NCBI GenBank assembly: GCA_030704615.1
Contig: CM060734.1
Coordinates: 21,390,001-21,454,000 of the forward strand
DNA length: 64,000 nt
Origin: Takakia lepidozioides
Taxonomy: Eukaryota > Plantae > Bryophyta
Direction: 5' to 3'
The position numbers and the translations under genes are program-made. Shown in pieces: positions 36,457 to 49,474 of this stretch. How positions within the stretch are numbered: the stretch's first letter is position 1; every line of letters begins with the position of its first letter. The notes under the pieces are model-generated. The model did no database searches, was not told the DNA's origin, and saw nothing but the letters and a program-made list of their open reading frames with translations.

Positions 36457-38370
36457 TCATGCTGGTCTCCCAGCTGTGTGGGCTTTTCTACGATTAAACC
36501 TCGCATTTTGTACTCTCACTAGATAATCCAGTATGTCCTCTCGGGCCATTCTGCCCTCAAGTAATTGTCTTTCTTCTGTTATTGTAGCCATACCTCGTGG
36601 CATTTCTGGTGGTGCGGCCTGTGCCTCCACATTGTCAGCCATTAATGTAGTAGTTAGAGCCATTTGACACTCCATCAGAATCTCGTCCAGGGCAGTTGCA
36701 GGATTGGGTGGATCAAAAGCGGCACATGTTGAGTCCATTGGAAGTCCATGGATTTTTTTTTTTTTTGAGTCTATTGCTTTCAGTTTATTCTTAAAAAAAT
36801 AGATAGTAGTATACATAACATTTTTAGTAAAGAGTCCCCCCTCAAATATTGATAATATTTTTTACTAGATATTTTAAACGTTAATGTGAATAAATATTTA
36901 GACATCAAAATCTAGAGTTTATAACCACTTGTCCATATACCAGCTGGCACCTCTAGATTATAGGTTTGTATGTCTTTTTAGTAAAAGATGACACCTCAAA
37001 AACCCAAAACATAAGATGCTATGGACTAGAGCAAATCAACCTGTTTTTAGGTGCAAAATAGTCCATAGCTCTCAATCCCTAAGATAACTAGTCCATATAA
37101 AAATGGATTTGGATTGGATTTAAAAATGGCACTCCACAGTAATCTTATGGATTTTTTTCAGTCCATAAGATTTTATGTGTAACATCTGCACTCCACAGTA
37201 ATAAACTTAAAAGTCCATGGCTCTCTGGTACATGATTGTTTTTGAAATCTAACAATTGGTACACATACCTATTGTACTTAGAAACCCCACACCACATAAA
37301 TTTAGATGAAATATTGAGTTGTTGGACAAATATGGGTAAAATCATGGAGGGAGGTCATTGCAGAAACTGCCATGTTACGCAAAAACTGAGACACCAATCC
37401 TGCAAATACCCTCTAGACTTTTATCCTTGCTAGCCAGTAGTATATTGTGCAATATACAACAACAATGTATAGCCTGTGATGGAAACTCCAGTGCCAATCC
37501 TGTCTTTGTTCCAATCTCCTTGAAACAACCCTTAAGAATACCGAAGGCCCTTTCTATGGCCATCCTAGTTGCAGAGTGCTTTCTATTTAACCACATTTCC
37601 TCTTGGCTCAAAGGTCTTCCCATAACATCTTGCTTAAATGGAGTGATAAGCCACTTGAGGAGTGGGTATCCTCTGTCACCAGCAATGTAAGGGGGAAACG
37701 GAAGCCTGGATGGTAACAATGTTGGATCCATATTGAGACCAGACATGATGCCCTCCTCAGCCTTGCGATATAGTTCTGAGCATTTCAGGTGGTAGGAGTC
37801 ATATATACTGCCGGGCACCCCAGTGTTTAGAGACGTGAAGTAACACCTCGAGTCAACCACTCCCTGTAATAGGACACCGAAAGACTTGTTACTGTTCCTA
37901 TGGTTAGCCGCAATCTTTGTATCTTTTGGTGCACGGATGTAGATGTGGCTCCCATCTATTGCCCCCAGACAATTCGGGAGCCTCTGCTTATTCTCAAAGT
38001 CTCTTGTGATTTTTTCCAGCCTGCGGATGAGGTGCCCGAGTACATGACAAATTGCAGGGATTACCTCCCTCATGATGTCGTAGACTGTAGATCGACCAAT
38101 CCCTGCTTTATTTGCAACGCGTGTGCAAGTATGGCCATGCATGAGTTTGTATAGGGTGACAACTACCTTCTTTTCAACACTTATTGGCTCCCTCCACTTT
38201 GTGTGCTGGCCTTGCACATACGGCCACAAGTCATCACAGAGTTTCGCAAATGTCCTACATCGCATCCTCACAATATCAAACCACATTTCTTGGGTATACA
38301 CATCGAATAAAAATGTGTCAAACGAATGGCAGGGGGCTCTTCTGGCAACATGTTTACACCAGCCGGTCAT
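36457..38370 (-). pseudogene. PIF/Harbinger (HARBI1-like, DDE_Tnp_4) transposase interrupted by a MITE
   Basis: RM...TF..LC, GIGRSTV, NCLGAIDGSHI, LQGVVD, PGS..D, GDRGYPL..WLITPF, R..IERAFGILK, C.ILHN. The reading resumes DEILMECQ...GR.ARE.ILDYL after the MITE. Confidence 0.92.
36690..37411. mobile_element. Tourist-like MITE, ~720 bp
   Basis: TIRs GGGCAGTTGCAGGATTGG and CCAATCCTGCAAATACCC (16/18 match); AT-rich non-coding interior; imperfect 3-bp TSD (CCA/CTA). Confidence 0.78.
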
Positions 38371-39304
38371 AGACAGAAGGCACCTATGGAGGTGGGCAGT
38401 GACAGCAACGAAGAAGGGTGAACAAGTGCTGGATCAGGTGGAGGCTGGGGATGCACATCTCCCTGGTGCTGCACTTGAACCAGTTAGTTGGTAGTTAGTA
38501 GAAGGGAGCATTATAGGCGCTCATTTTGGAAATCATAGCAACCTGGACATCATTTCTACTGTACGTACGTTTGTGAACAACATCATAGGGTGTACAATTT
38601 ATGCCATTCAGGATTATAAAGAGATGCATAGTTTTCTTCGTGTGAGTTTGATCTCCTTGTATTTTCCTCAGTATAAGAAAGGGGCATTGTTTGTCATATG
38701 TGTAGAGTCTGAATTCCCATTTATGGGGATGCCAATATATGCCTGGAAAAAGAGAGGGTGATATGGAAGGGTAGGGGACAAGAGGGGAATGTGAAATGAA
38801 TTGTACTTGATGACCCACGCATCGCCGGCCGACATAGCCGCATGAGTGAGGGGCACGTGGCGAACTTCTTGTGGGGTAGGCTTTTGTACTCCATGAATAT
38901 CGTTGTCCACTGCAGCAAAACGCTGTCTGGATTCAGCAAGGGGGTGTTGGTCGATGTCAAAACTCGTGAAATTTTTTGTTGTGCCCAAATCTCCAGCTGC
39001 ATCCTCCGCCTATCACACATAATACACCTAAGAACATCATACTAGAGGTTATGCAACATTGGTCAACTGAGCCTTGTTATTTTGGGTACTACAAGGCTTA
39101 TCAGTCACTAGGAAACCATTCGGATAACAAAAGCCCTAGTTTGATGTGGCTGTTAGAAAATGTTCTTCTCTATTGGGTAACAGTAGCCTCACGGTTTGAA
39201 GAAGTCCCGACAACTTTATGTAGTTGTGGCCAATGTCTTTCTTGTTTCAGGACCATCATAAAATGCAGAATGGAATAAATAAGTGTTGATGTCTCAGCCA
39301 TAGT

Positions 39305-39470
39305 ATCTCTTGAGTTTTGTCCTTGGGAGCAAAGAAAATAGATTCAACTGACTGCATAGCAACAGCTGCAAGCATTTCCTCAGAACAGCCAAACTCACTT
39401 GACACCAGCATTGCCTTTGCAAACAACGGCTCCAGTGGAAGCCGTGCCATCCGCACCCCAAGTGGATGAG
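39305..39470 (-). pseudogene. DEAH-box RNA helicase HA2-domain exon fragment
   Basis: LG.RMARLPLEP..AKA.LVS.EFGC.EEML..VAM.SVESIF..P matches the DEAH helicase HA2 region; isolated exon. Confidence 0.8.
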
Positions 39471-42400
39471 ATAGCTTGCCCTCATCAGTTAGTGCTACTA
39501 GTGAGAAAATATGGCCTTAGGTGTGAGGGCCTTTCTGGAGCATCCGGAGCATGTTTGAGAACTTTCATGTTCCTTTCTATGATGTTTGCAATGAGGTTGG
39601 CATTAAGATAGGGAGGTTTGTTCTCTGTCCATGAAGCTGAAGAGGAAATTTACACAGGCGTGGAGAGGCAGGATGCACTGGAAAACCTTCACTAATAATT
39701 AATGCAGGTGGAGGGGAAACTGCTTCCATTTTCAGAAGACAATGCTTTCAACCAACAATCTCATGGTGTGTGGGTGATGGTGGGCAGGCACAGCCTTGCC
39801 AAAATGAAGACTGTAATGTGGGTATGCACAGCTACTGTGTGCCCCGAAAATATCATCGTTCCCAAGTACTTCTTGGACCTTCCCTTTTGTTGGACTCTCC
39901 TGGTTTTGTCAATCATTAGACTGAATCAAGCGTTACGATGGAGCATGTTTGTTCCTCCCTATTTTCCTCTCAGCTGCCCAGCTATAAACTCAATTTTGCT
40001 CCAGTTTAGGAGCTTCAATTGGCACTGGAATGCCATTGGCTTATAGATCTTACGCAGCATTAAGTGACCAATGCTCCACATTTGGAACGAATATGGAAGA
40101 ATCAGTTTGCATGAATTCCCGCCAACTCCGTACCAAGATTGATTCCAAGTGGAGATTAGTAGGTTCTCTTTTCCCCAGCTGGGTTAACCAGCACAGAGAG
40201 GGAAACACAAGTTTCATGTCCACTGGAAAGAAATATAAGCCGTCGCCTGGGAGTGTTGGCTATGACAAACCATCACCCTTCCTGGAGGATCAACATTGGT
40301 TCTTGCAACATAGAGTTGGTTCCAAAGTCAACGTAGTCCTCTGACTCACATAGACTGTGAGCATATGCTCATGGATACAATAAAGCCTTGTCATGCAAAC
40401 CTTGTGGCAGGCAAGATTTGGGTAGAGATGGAATTTTGAGCTCTTGTGAATTATGGCTGTTGGCAAGTGGCAAGTGGCCACCATGCAACTTGATGGTTAG
40501 GGCATGGCTGTAATTCAATGTAAGTGGCCAGAGTCGAAGTGTCAAAAGAGTTGCATGTTCAAGGATCAAATGCATCAGCCTTCTCCCCAAATTGTAATTT
40601 CACAGGGTATGCAAGGTCTCCACAAAAGGTAAACTCATCTGTTCAAGTAGCATTGCACAAAACTCTGGCATCTCATCCATATTAATCTCAGGAAGCAGGG
40701 ATGCCGGAGTGGCATGATCTGCTGCATGAGGTCCAGTGCCAATTGAAGCTCAATTCAATGGTTTGAACACACATACACTTTGGAGTATTTAGCTGGTTAT
40801 ATGCAGATAGAGTAAACTTGCCGATCTATTTCAACTTGAATTGTTGACCAGAAACTGTGTTGAGTACCATCTTCTCCGTCAATCTTTCTATAGAACTTTC
40901 TTTTTCTCGCACGACATTCAGCATACATCAAAAAATGACATATTTTGGTGTGATCTTATTATTACCGCCTGCTTATAACTGCCCTGATGATATGCAGCTG
41001 ATAACCATTTCTAGTCTTTTGTCTTGATCAATTTTAGATGAGAGGAAGGGGAGGCATTGTTTCATTAAAGGGTAGTTAATGAGTACGAACAACCCCTTGT
41101 GGTTCAATTGTGACCTTCAGGTAAATTTCCTAGGACTTCATATCAGTACATGGCTCTCATGACTACAATATACTAATCTCCTGGATATACAGTACAATTC
41201 TACTACCTTGCACTCTCTCATTCGGAAACTCATACCTAATGACTACCAAAGTGTAGCACCTGTATCAACTGCAGCAGAATCTGGCCATTCTCGTGAGTGC
41301 TCAATTCTGCTACATTGTCGAAATGATTAGCGAGGGCCCTGCAAAAGATTTCAAACTGTGAATAATTATGGTGCTCATTGTTATCCACTAAGGCATAGGT
41401 TGGGGATGTGAAGCCTCTTGAAGTCTTGCCTGAGATCACTGCAGTCCTCATTAAGCTCGTAGAGGAGGTACATATCAATGAGGGGCAGAAGTGAATTCAC
41501 TGCCACATAGACACTTTGCATGCGCCCATCCATCGATCGATGGATGAACGCACGAGTGATGAAATCTTTTTCGCACCGGCTCTACAGCCGGCAGGTGCGG
41601 CATCAGGTTAAAGGAGGTTGGGGGTCAATGCACTGCCGTTTTTCTGTAAACCCGCCGATCCAAAATGCCATGTTACTAACCTCTTCGGCTCCTTAACCCG
41701 GCAGGTGCGGCCTGGCCCTAACTAACTAACCACCATCATCGCTAGAATCTGGGTCAAACAAGGCAATAATCACCCTCCTACCGTCAATGGGGTGCAATGT
41801 GTATGGCCCCTCCATTTTTCTCATGGTCCATGAGCTTCGCCACCATAGCTGCAAGGCCACGTGCACATACACGGTGGCGCAAATGCTGGTGCTGCTTCGT
41901 GCCACCACTTTTCTTTGCTCCGACGTGTGCATGGGCAGCTTCCACTGTGCTCGCTCTACTTTTGACTTGTTACTCTGCTGCAATGAGTCTCATAAGTATA
42001 CATCCAAACGCACGATCAAAATCTTTGACCAAAATATTTCGAGGATCGATGCTTCGGTTAAATGCACGTTGCATCTTGGTCTTTGCAAACTGCATGTTTT
42101 CGGGCATTTGGGAGAAAGTAACATTTTTGCAGGGCCGCTTGTGTTTCGACTGTTGCTCTAGTTGTGGCATGATGGTGGATTTGAGCTTGATTTTAGGGGA
42201 GGAAGATCACCACAGACAGACTTAATCATGCAGCACTAGAAGTCTCTGACTAATACTTACATGTGCAAATGCCACAGGAGCATGCAATTCAGCTGTTCAT
42301 GCGCTTTATTGCGATTAGTATGAAGATTATAAATCCTTGATTTGTTTCTGCTAATGAGCTCGGTCATGAATACCTTCATTCTGCGGGTTATGCACTTCTA

Positions 42401-43484
42401 AGCACGCACACGCGGACGAAGAGAGTCAAATACTGCCACAGGAGCATGCAGAAAGATGCTACGTCTTACTGTTCACATGAGCACAGAAGCATGCAACACG
42501 ATTGCTGTGAAGGAATTAAATTGCTTAAGATGAACTTGTTCCACACCAAGATTCTTGGGGAAGGAAAGCCGCAACGGCGTAAAACATTGAGAAGTTACCT
42601 TGTAGATCGGAACTTGGTCGGCGGTGCTACCAAATGATTGCGATGGCATGATCCTACACTGGGATGCCATGACAGCAGATGAGCTTGTGCAGGCGTGGCA
42701 TCCTATCCCAGACTCTAGCTTGTGATCATCTCCAGTCCATGGACCCCACATTCTTTTCTGGTCTCTGTGAATCGCAGGCTACCTTTCCTTTCCTCCCATC
42801 CATGCCGAAAAGCAACAACCACACTAGTACATAATCTTGTGAAAAACATGCAGGACTAGTGGTCTGAACCTGCAGAGCCCATCTATGTGTACTTCCCAGC
42901 AGCCGCCACTTCATCTAGGCCCTACCAATCTCTTTGTCGAGAGACACATATTCCTCTGTCATCTTGTGCCGAAGTGATACACTTGTTTGGTGTTTCTAGC
43001 CGATGGCCCGTCTCGATCTGCGAGCGCACTGGTAGACGAACCGTCTCGTGGATAAAATCAGTTGCCGCTGGGAGGTGGTCAAGGCCGATGGTGGGCCGAT
43101 GTGACCTTGAGCTCCATAGCTGTAATTAACAACACCCAGACAAACAGCAGCTTATTTTAGCCTCAGCAGCCTGTCACACCGGTGGTGCATTTAGCGATAC
43201 CTACCCGTCGGTGGGCCCCTGCCTCAAGCTCCAGCAGCACGCCCTGCCCCTCCACACAGCAGAGTGCTTCTTTGATCGTTGGTCTCTATTCTCTCTGCGG
43301 GTCTTTGTGTGCGCGTCTGGATCCGTCAATTCTTCTCTGACTCACGGTCTTCTGGGTGTGCTGTGCCTTTCAGTTTCTCTCTGCCCTGTTTGGGCTACAT
43401 TGCTCTCGGTGTCCCCTTGCAGAGATTGGTTAGCGGGTTGTTGTGTGAAGGAGGGCGAAGATACAAAGGAGTGAGTTCACTATA

Positions 43485-44831
43485 ATGAATGGAGCAGAAG
43501 CAAAATGGAGAGGGGCAGGGGCACATCAAAAGCGGGCCCGGGTAGATGAGGCAGAAGAGGTGGTGGGGAAGCAGAGTGCGCAATTGAAGAAGTGGATGGA
43601 TCCCGTGCAGGGGATGGCGAACGTGAGACATGAGTTTGGGGAGCACGGGGGCGTCAACATGTCAATTGAAGCTTCTTCTACCTTCACAGTCATGGAGCCT
43701 GAGACGATGAGCAAATTGTTTGCGGGCCAGCTTGGCCCTGATCGTGATTTTTACATCTACAGCCGTCATTTCAATCCTACAGTTCTGAATTTGGGCAGGC
43801 AGATGGCTGCCATGGAGGGTACAGAGGCTGCCTACTGCACAGCCAGCGGAATGTCCGCCATATCTGGGGTGTTGTTGCAGCTCTGCAGCAGTGGGGACCA
43901 TGTCGTGGCCTCCAGTCGCCTGTATGGTGGTACGCACGCCCTCCTTGCGCATTTTCTCCCTCGTACCTGTAATATCACCACCACCTTTGTGGACATCGAA
44001 GACCTGGACGCAGTTCGCAAGGCTATCACGCCAGGCACCAAGGTGTTCTACTTTGAGTCCATGTCAAATCCGCAGTTGGTGGTGGCGGACATTCCGGCTC
44101 TTGCAGGAATTGCACATGAAAAGGGCGTGAAGGTGGTGGTGGACAACACCTTTGCACCCCTGATGCTGTCGCCTGCACGCCTGGGTGCTGATGTAGTGCT
44201 GCACAGCCTGTCCAAGTACATCAGCGGCGCCAGCGATATTATTGCAGGTGCTGTGTGCGGGCCTGCGGATTTGGTGAGTGCCATGATGGGATTGCACCAG
44301 GGTGCACTGATGCTCCTGGGCCCGACCATGAATCCCCAAATCGCGTTTCAGGTGTCGCTGCGCTTGCCACACCTTGGAATTCGAATTAAGGAGCACTGTG
44401 AAAGAGCTCTCATCTATTCACGGAGGCTGAAGAAGCTTGGCTTGAAAGTGATCTACCCGGGCCTTGACGACCATCCTCAACATGATTTGCTGAAGGGGCT
44501 GTTGAACGAAGGTTATGGGTTCGGGGGCATGCTGTGTTTGGATCTGGAGAGCACAGACCGCGCCAACGACTTGATGCGACATCTGCAGAACTTGTCACAG
44601 TTTGGCTGGATGGCCGTCAGCCTGGGCTACCATGACACGCTCATGTCGTGCTCTGGATCCAGCACCAGCAGCGAGCTCAGCAAGGAGGAGCAAGCTGTGG
44701 CTGGGATCTCAGCGGGGCTGGTGCGCATGTCAATTGGTTTCACTGGCTCTGTTGAGAAACGATGGAGCCAGCTACTGGAAGCTCTCGTCTCTCTCAAGCT
44801 TGTTTCCGAAGGGGCCAAATGGCAGGATTAG
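43485..44831 (+). CDS. MGL: Methionine gamma-lyase (Cys/Met metabolism PLP enzyme), 448 aa, intronless
   Basis: RHEFGEHGGVNMSIEAS.TFTVMEP, YSRHFNPTVLNL, EAAYCTASGMSAI, VDNTF, PLP-lysine motif HSLSKYISG, MAVSLGY..TLMSCSGSSTSSE, GLVRMS.G; open and full-length. Confidence 0.96.
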   Translation: MNGAEAKWRGAGAHQKRARVDEAEEVVGKQSAQLKKWMDPVQGMANVRHEFGEHGGVNMSIEASSTFTVMEPETMSKLFAGQLGPDRDFYIYSRHFNPTVLNLGRQMAAMEGTEAAYCTASGMSAISGVLLQLCSSGDHVVASSRLYGGTHALLAHFLPRTCNITTTFVDIEDLDAVRKAITPGTKVFYFESMSNPQLVVADIPALAGIAHEKGVKVVVDNTFAPLMLSPARLGADVVLHSLSKYISGASDIIAGAVCGPADLVSAMMGLHQGALMLLGPTMNPQIAFQVSLRLPHLGIRIKEHCERALIYSRRLKKLGLKVIYPGLDDHPQHDLLKGLLNEGYGFGGMLCLDLESTDRANDLMRHLQNLSQFGWMAVSLGYHDTLMSCSGSSTSSELSKEEQAVAGISAGLVRMSIGFTGSVEKRWSQLLEALVSLKLVSEGAKWQD

Positions 44832-46377
44832 GGTGAGAGGCTGCAGCATTACTCTGACTAAGTTAGTGCCTGTTTTTGGAGGCATGCAAGAAGCAAACCT
44901 TTGTTGCCTTGTGTAGCAAGCATGTTTGTATTTCCTGAGCACCTAAAGCGTACAAGCTTTACCATTTCTGTATGAAAACAGATTGATCTACAGTGATGTG
45001 AAATGTGTTTGTCATCTTGAGTTGTGTGTAATGCGGCCACGAATTGTTTAAGGAAAAGACATGACAATCTCTATTCGCTTGGTAGTTCAGACCACAGCTG
45101 GGAGAGTACATGCAGTTTCATGGCGGTGCTGATTTTGAACCATAGCACCCTCTCTCTTAGGGGCTGTGCTGTTCCGTTCACTTGATATAACTGCAGGCTG
45201 CTGTTACATGTGTGATGTATGTTCTTACATACTAGATTTCTTCTACCATTAGACTGGCTTAGAGAGAAGTAACTTTGACTACTCTAACATCTAGCTATTT
45301 CAGAGTGGGTCTTGTTTTCTCCTGTCCCACCCTGCAAGCAATGGGTGTCTGCTGCCAGTGTGACAGCAACTTCCTCATCTATCTTCCACATCTGGAAGTG
45401 AGTTCAAACAAGTGTGGGGGAGAGGAAGATGGAAGAGTACAACAGCCCACATTGAAATTCTTCACAGGCCATGTCCCAGTTCAACAGGTATGTCCATTTT
45501 ATCTGAAGCAATCTTCAATCTGACTGCAGATAACCCCAAATACAAGAAAGTTGAACCCCAGTCCTCACAAGCTGGTCCTTTGGTTCAATTGAACTTCTTC
45601 CAAGTGTTGTCCCCTCGGCTCTAAGCTGTGTGACTCTTGTTTTTATGAAAAAACCTCTCATTTACAGGTACTACTACCAGGTCTATATTGCCAGTTGGAC
45701 ATTCCATTCACATGATAGATGTGATCATCAAGGTGCAGAGAAAGAACAGTGACATGGTATTGCAAAAGGGAGTTTTATAAAATTATACTGAAGTTTGAAG
45801 GGATTCAACCAGATTCCCGATAATAGACATCACTGCAAACCTCTGGTTCCAATCTTTGGAAGATATTCTCAACACGAGCCTCAGTCCTCCAGCATGTAGA
45901 CTTCAATTCTTTGGCCAGTTTGCCAAAATAAGTAAGTTTGGCACCTGCATCGATATCATCAAAATATTCCAATTGCTAGTATCTGTTCCAGTTACAATGG
46001 GTGGGTTAGCAAATCAAACCTTCTTTTGCATAATACAACAATGTTCAACATAAGGCCGATCCATCCAGTTTCTTTTATTGATGCGAAGTTGCAACTGCTA
46101 GTAATTGCCACCAAAACCATCCCCCTTCAGAATCCATGCCAGTTTCCTGTACAGTTATAGCATGGCACTGATGCCAAATTTTTCAATGTGCTCCACTGCC
46201 ATTGGAAACATTATAGACAACTCAGACTATGATAGGGGCTGAAACCCTTGCTTTCTCTGTTCACAGTCGCTGAATATGCTCAGTGATACACTTGTCAACT
46301 AAGTAGATACAGTACATGGAGGCAACCTTGGAACCTTGGAACCTTGGTTGGAACCTTGGCAACCTTTGCAAAGATCA

Positions 46378-49185
46378 TCAAGCAGGTGCAGTATCTGGTT
46401 GAGGAAGCTTGGACAGGTCTGGAATCCACAACAACAGTGCCACCGAGGCACTAGCAAACATGAGGCGCCGTGGTGCCCACTTGACACATGCAGGCACCCC
46501 TGCATTGTTGGTCTAACAGGCTACCTGCAATGCCACAAGCCCCCTCCACTTTACACATTCTTCCTTTAAACACCACTATGTATATCACAGTATCCCTCAC
46601 CTACATCACCTTCATGATGCTCCCAGAACATTATCACTCTTAAAAAGGATACCTACCTCAGAGACAGAGGATGTGTGCCATGTCCGGAGGCTGCCATCTC
46701 CCGACCCTGCAATGCCACCACCTTGTTAATTCATCCTTTTGTGTGAGAAGCTCATGTGTGAGTCCTTAACTAGAATGCAGCCTATGTAGCTTGTAAATAT
46801 GGATGTGGCTCACAGGTAACAATGTTCCCTGACAATGGCTCACCACATCCATATCTCTGCAACTACCGTAGAGCATGAGTTTTAACCAACCAGCTCTCTT
46901 CCCTGGTGTCAACAGCCACAGAATATAAACTTCAGTCAAACATCCTAGTATGACCTCAAATGTCCATTTGATCATTTTGCATAGTTCTCCATTGAAGAGA
47001 CTAATCCTACATTAACATCTACTTCTCATACTGTTTAGCACCTGAAGATGCCAGTTGTGCATCAAAGTAAGGGCTGCTACTCAAATACAGCATATGCAGG
47101 ACATAACTGGACAGATCAGTAACCCCCAATTTGTCACAGACCAGAAATTACGAATTGGGCATCTGGGCTGAATGATGCCTCCAGCGCTCCTCCATCTACA
47201 TTTGGCTCCAGAGTCAACCCTTGAAGCTGCCAACCCCACAACCAGACCCTTCCTTATCAGAGATCGTGAGCTCCCCCACCCCCCAAAATTATATGTTTCA
47301 GTTCTCATTTGGAAATTATGTTGGCATGCTTATGCAGACACAGCACCCATAATGCACATACCTTGCGGCCAGTGTAAGCATCCAGCACATAGATATGGCC
47401 ACTTGTGGTGGAGAGCAGCATCAGCTTGCTATCATTGCTAAACTTCATGCCAGAGACCTCGGCTGTATCACCACCCACCAAGAATGTATCAAAAGGTCCC
47501 CGCACAGCCCATCAATCAGTTCCTTTAGTACACGTATGCAGCAACTGGGATGATAGGGCCGATAGTAACCCCCTCTAGCACCAAAGCAAAACACACAAAC
47601 CTTGTCATAATAGCGCACATCAAAGAGCTTGATCGCTCCACCCTCCATAGCCACTGCAAACACAAGGCCTTGCTGATCATAAGCCACTGCTGGTCTTCCC
47701 CGTACTCGCAGCAGCCCCTGCTTGACAATTTACACCTTATGCCATGGTTAGAACAGCATAGTCTCCCAAGCATGCAGCATCTTCGTTTGTCATGTGCACT
47801 AATTCAACGAGGCAGTGACTGCAGCTGCCTGCTGGACCAATGGACTCATCAGAAACATATAGCCCAGAAACCAGCTACGGCAGGCAGACTACCTAAACAT
47901 GCACAAGCTGTAGTATTTTCAAGCAAGTCGTCAATAAAATAAGATAAGGCATCTCAGAGTACATGAAGACAGAAGGACTCAGAGCTTACGAAGCAGTTGC
48001 AGTGTCGTACAGACGGATTGACTCATCGTCACTAGCAGTCACTAGAAGGTCCTCAGTTCGATGGAAATCCAAAGAATTGATCTTACCTCCCTGCAACCCT
48101 CGCAGAGGTGCAATTCTAGTCACTATCACAGCATCATCCTCTTGATCTGATACAGCTTAGCATTCTTGCCTTCCCCTGTCTCTGGAGAGTGTCCATGTGC
48201 ATGAACTAGAGACTGTGCATGCATCAAAGACTGCAGCTGTGTCTACAGAGGCAGGAGAAAAAGTCCATATAGAGAACACATCCTACGGTGAGTTCCTTTT
48301 TTTCGTGCAGATGCCTTCCCACAATGGAATTGGCCTGGAGTTGGTCCAGCTAATTTTAATTCAAATGTCAGAGAGTGCTGAAGGGTGACCGATGGGTCTC
48401 AACGCTATTTTATCTAGGTCGACACTTTCAGGACTATGTGGCTCAAGCAATGTTTGCAATCCTTTCCTGTTGGCATTTGTGGTGCTTATAGCTTGCAAGT
48501 GCCACTCAAACAACTGTGTTGTTTGTAATAGTTTTCAGGCCTTCGTGCTCCAGTCCTTGGGTCTCCTTGCTTTTGTTAACTCTCACCATATATTATTGTA
48601 TTTGTGTCTCTTTACAGAATCCCACATCACCCTTGAGAACTTATATCTTTTGTCTGCAAATACTCCTTAAGGCAATCACGCCAAGCCCAAATTCTACATT
48701 CATGGTTCCTCTGCTCTCTAGTTCTTTTTCTCTTTTGTATTCCAAAAATTCTCTCCCCTGCCAGAACCACGGTTTGCATATGCAGGAGGAGTAACAAGAG
48801 TGTTTATCAGAGTCTCAGGGGTGTTGCGAACAGTGTATGTCTGCAACTCCACCAAGGCAATTGACTTCTCCAACGAAACACTCCAAACCACAACGCTGAC
48901 AATGGAACATGTCCAAAAAATACAAGGGAGTGCAGGAAGAATCCAAATGAGCTGCAACGAATGAGCGAACACGCTCGGTGAAACAGAAGAAAGGATCGAG
49001 GTTACTCACAATCAAAAGAAGCAGACAGCTCAGAAATTAGGTCCAATGGCAACAGGACAGTGAAAGAAGCCCCAACACAAATCTGGAGCCAGGGGAGGAG
49101 CAAACAAATCAGTCCCATCACATACATAGTCCTTAAAGACGGCCCCGATGCTCATGTTGCGCATCACATTCTCCGTTAGATCCAT
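46378..49185 (-). pseudogene. WDR82: WDR82/Swd2-like WD40 gene (APRF1/S2L family), disabled
   Basis: Exons 49185-49126 (MDLTENVMRNMSIGAVFKDY), 48090-47990, 47717-47601 (RGRPAVAYDQQGLVF), 47499-47362 (GPFDTFLVGGD), 47226-47142, 46706-46657 (GSGDG) and 46524-46378 (KWAPRR). Middle exons absent, acceptor at ~47500 is CGG, last exon has a TAG and a frameshift. Confidence 0.88.
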
Positions 49186-49324
49186 TATCTCCCCTTCCTT
49201 CCTTCCTCAGACTGGATTCTCCCGTCGCATCATGCTGCAGGCCGACTTCCAATGTCGAAACATCGCCACACTACGCTACACTCTGCCTCGCACCAAGCAA
49301 CACTTCTCCCTCCAGTAGCGGCTT

Positions 49325-49394
49325 TAGGGTTTCCTTCCTACTTTCTAGGGTTTCTGTATTTTCCAGTTGGCAATTCACGAAAGCTTGCCACGTG
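49325..49394 (-). promoter_or_regulatory. Two telo-boxes and a G-box upstream of the WDR82-like gene
   Basis: AAACCCTA on the minus strand at 49325-49332 and 49346-49353; CACGTG at 49389-49394. Confidence 0.5.
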
Positions 49395-49474
49395 TTGTTG
49401 AAGTCTACTTTCTTTTCTTTTTCTTTATTTATTTATTTATTTTGAACAGAAAGGGGACAGTGGCATGTGAAGTC

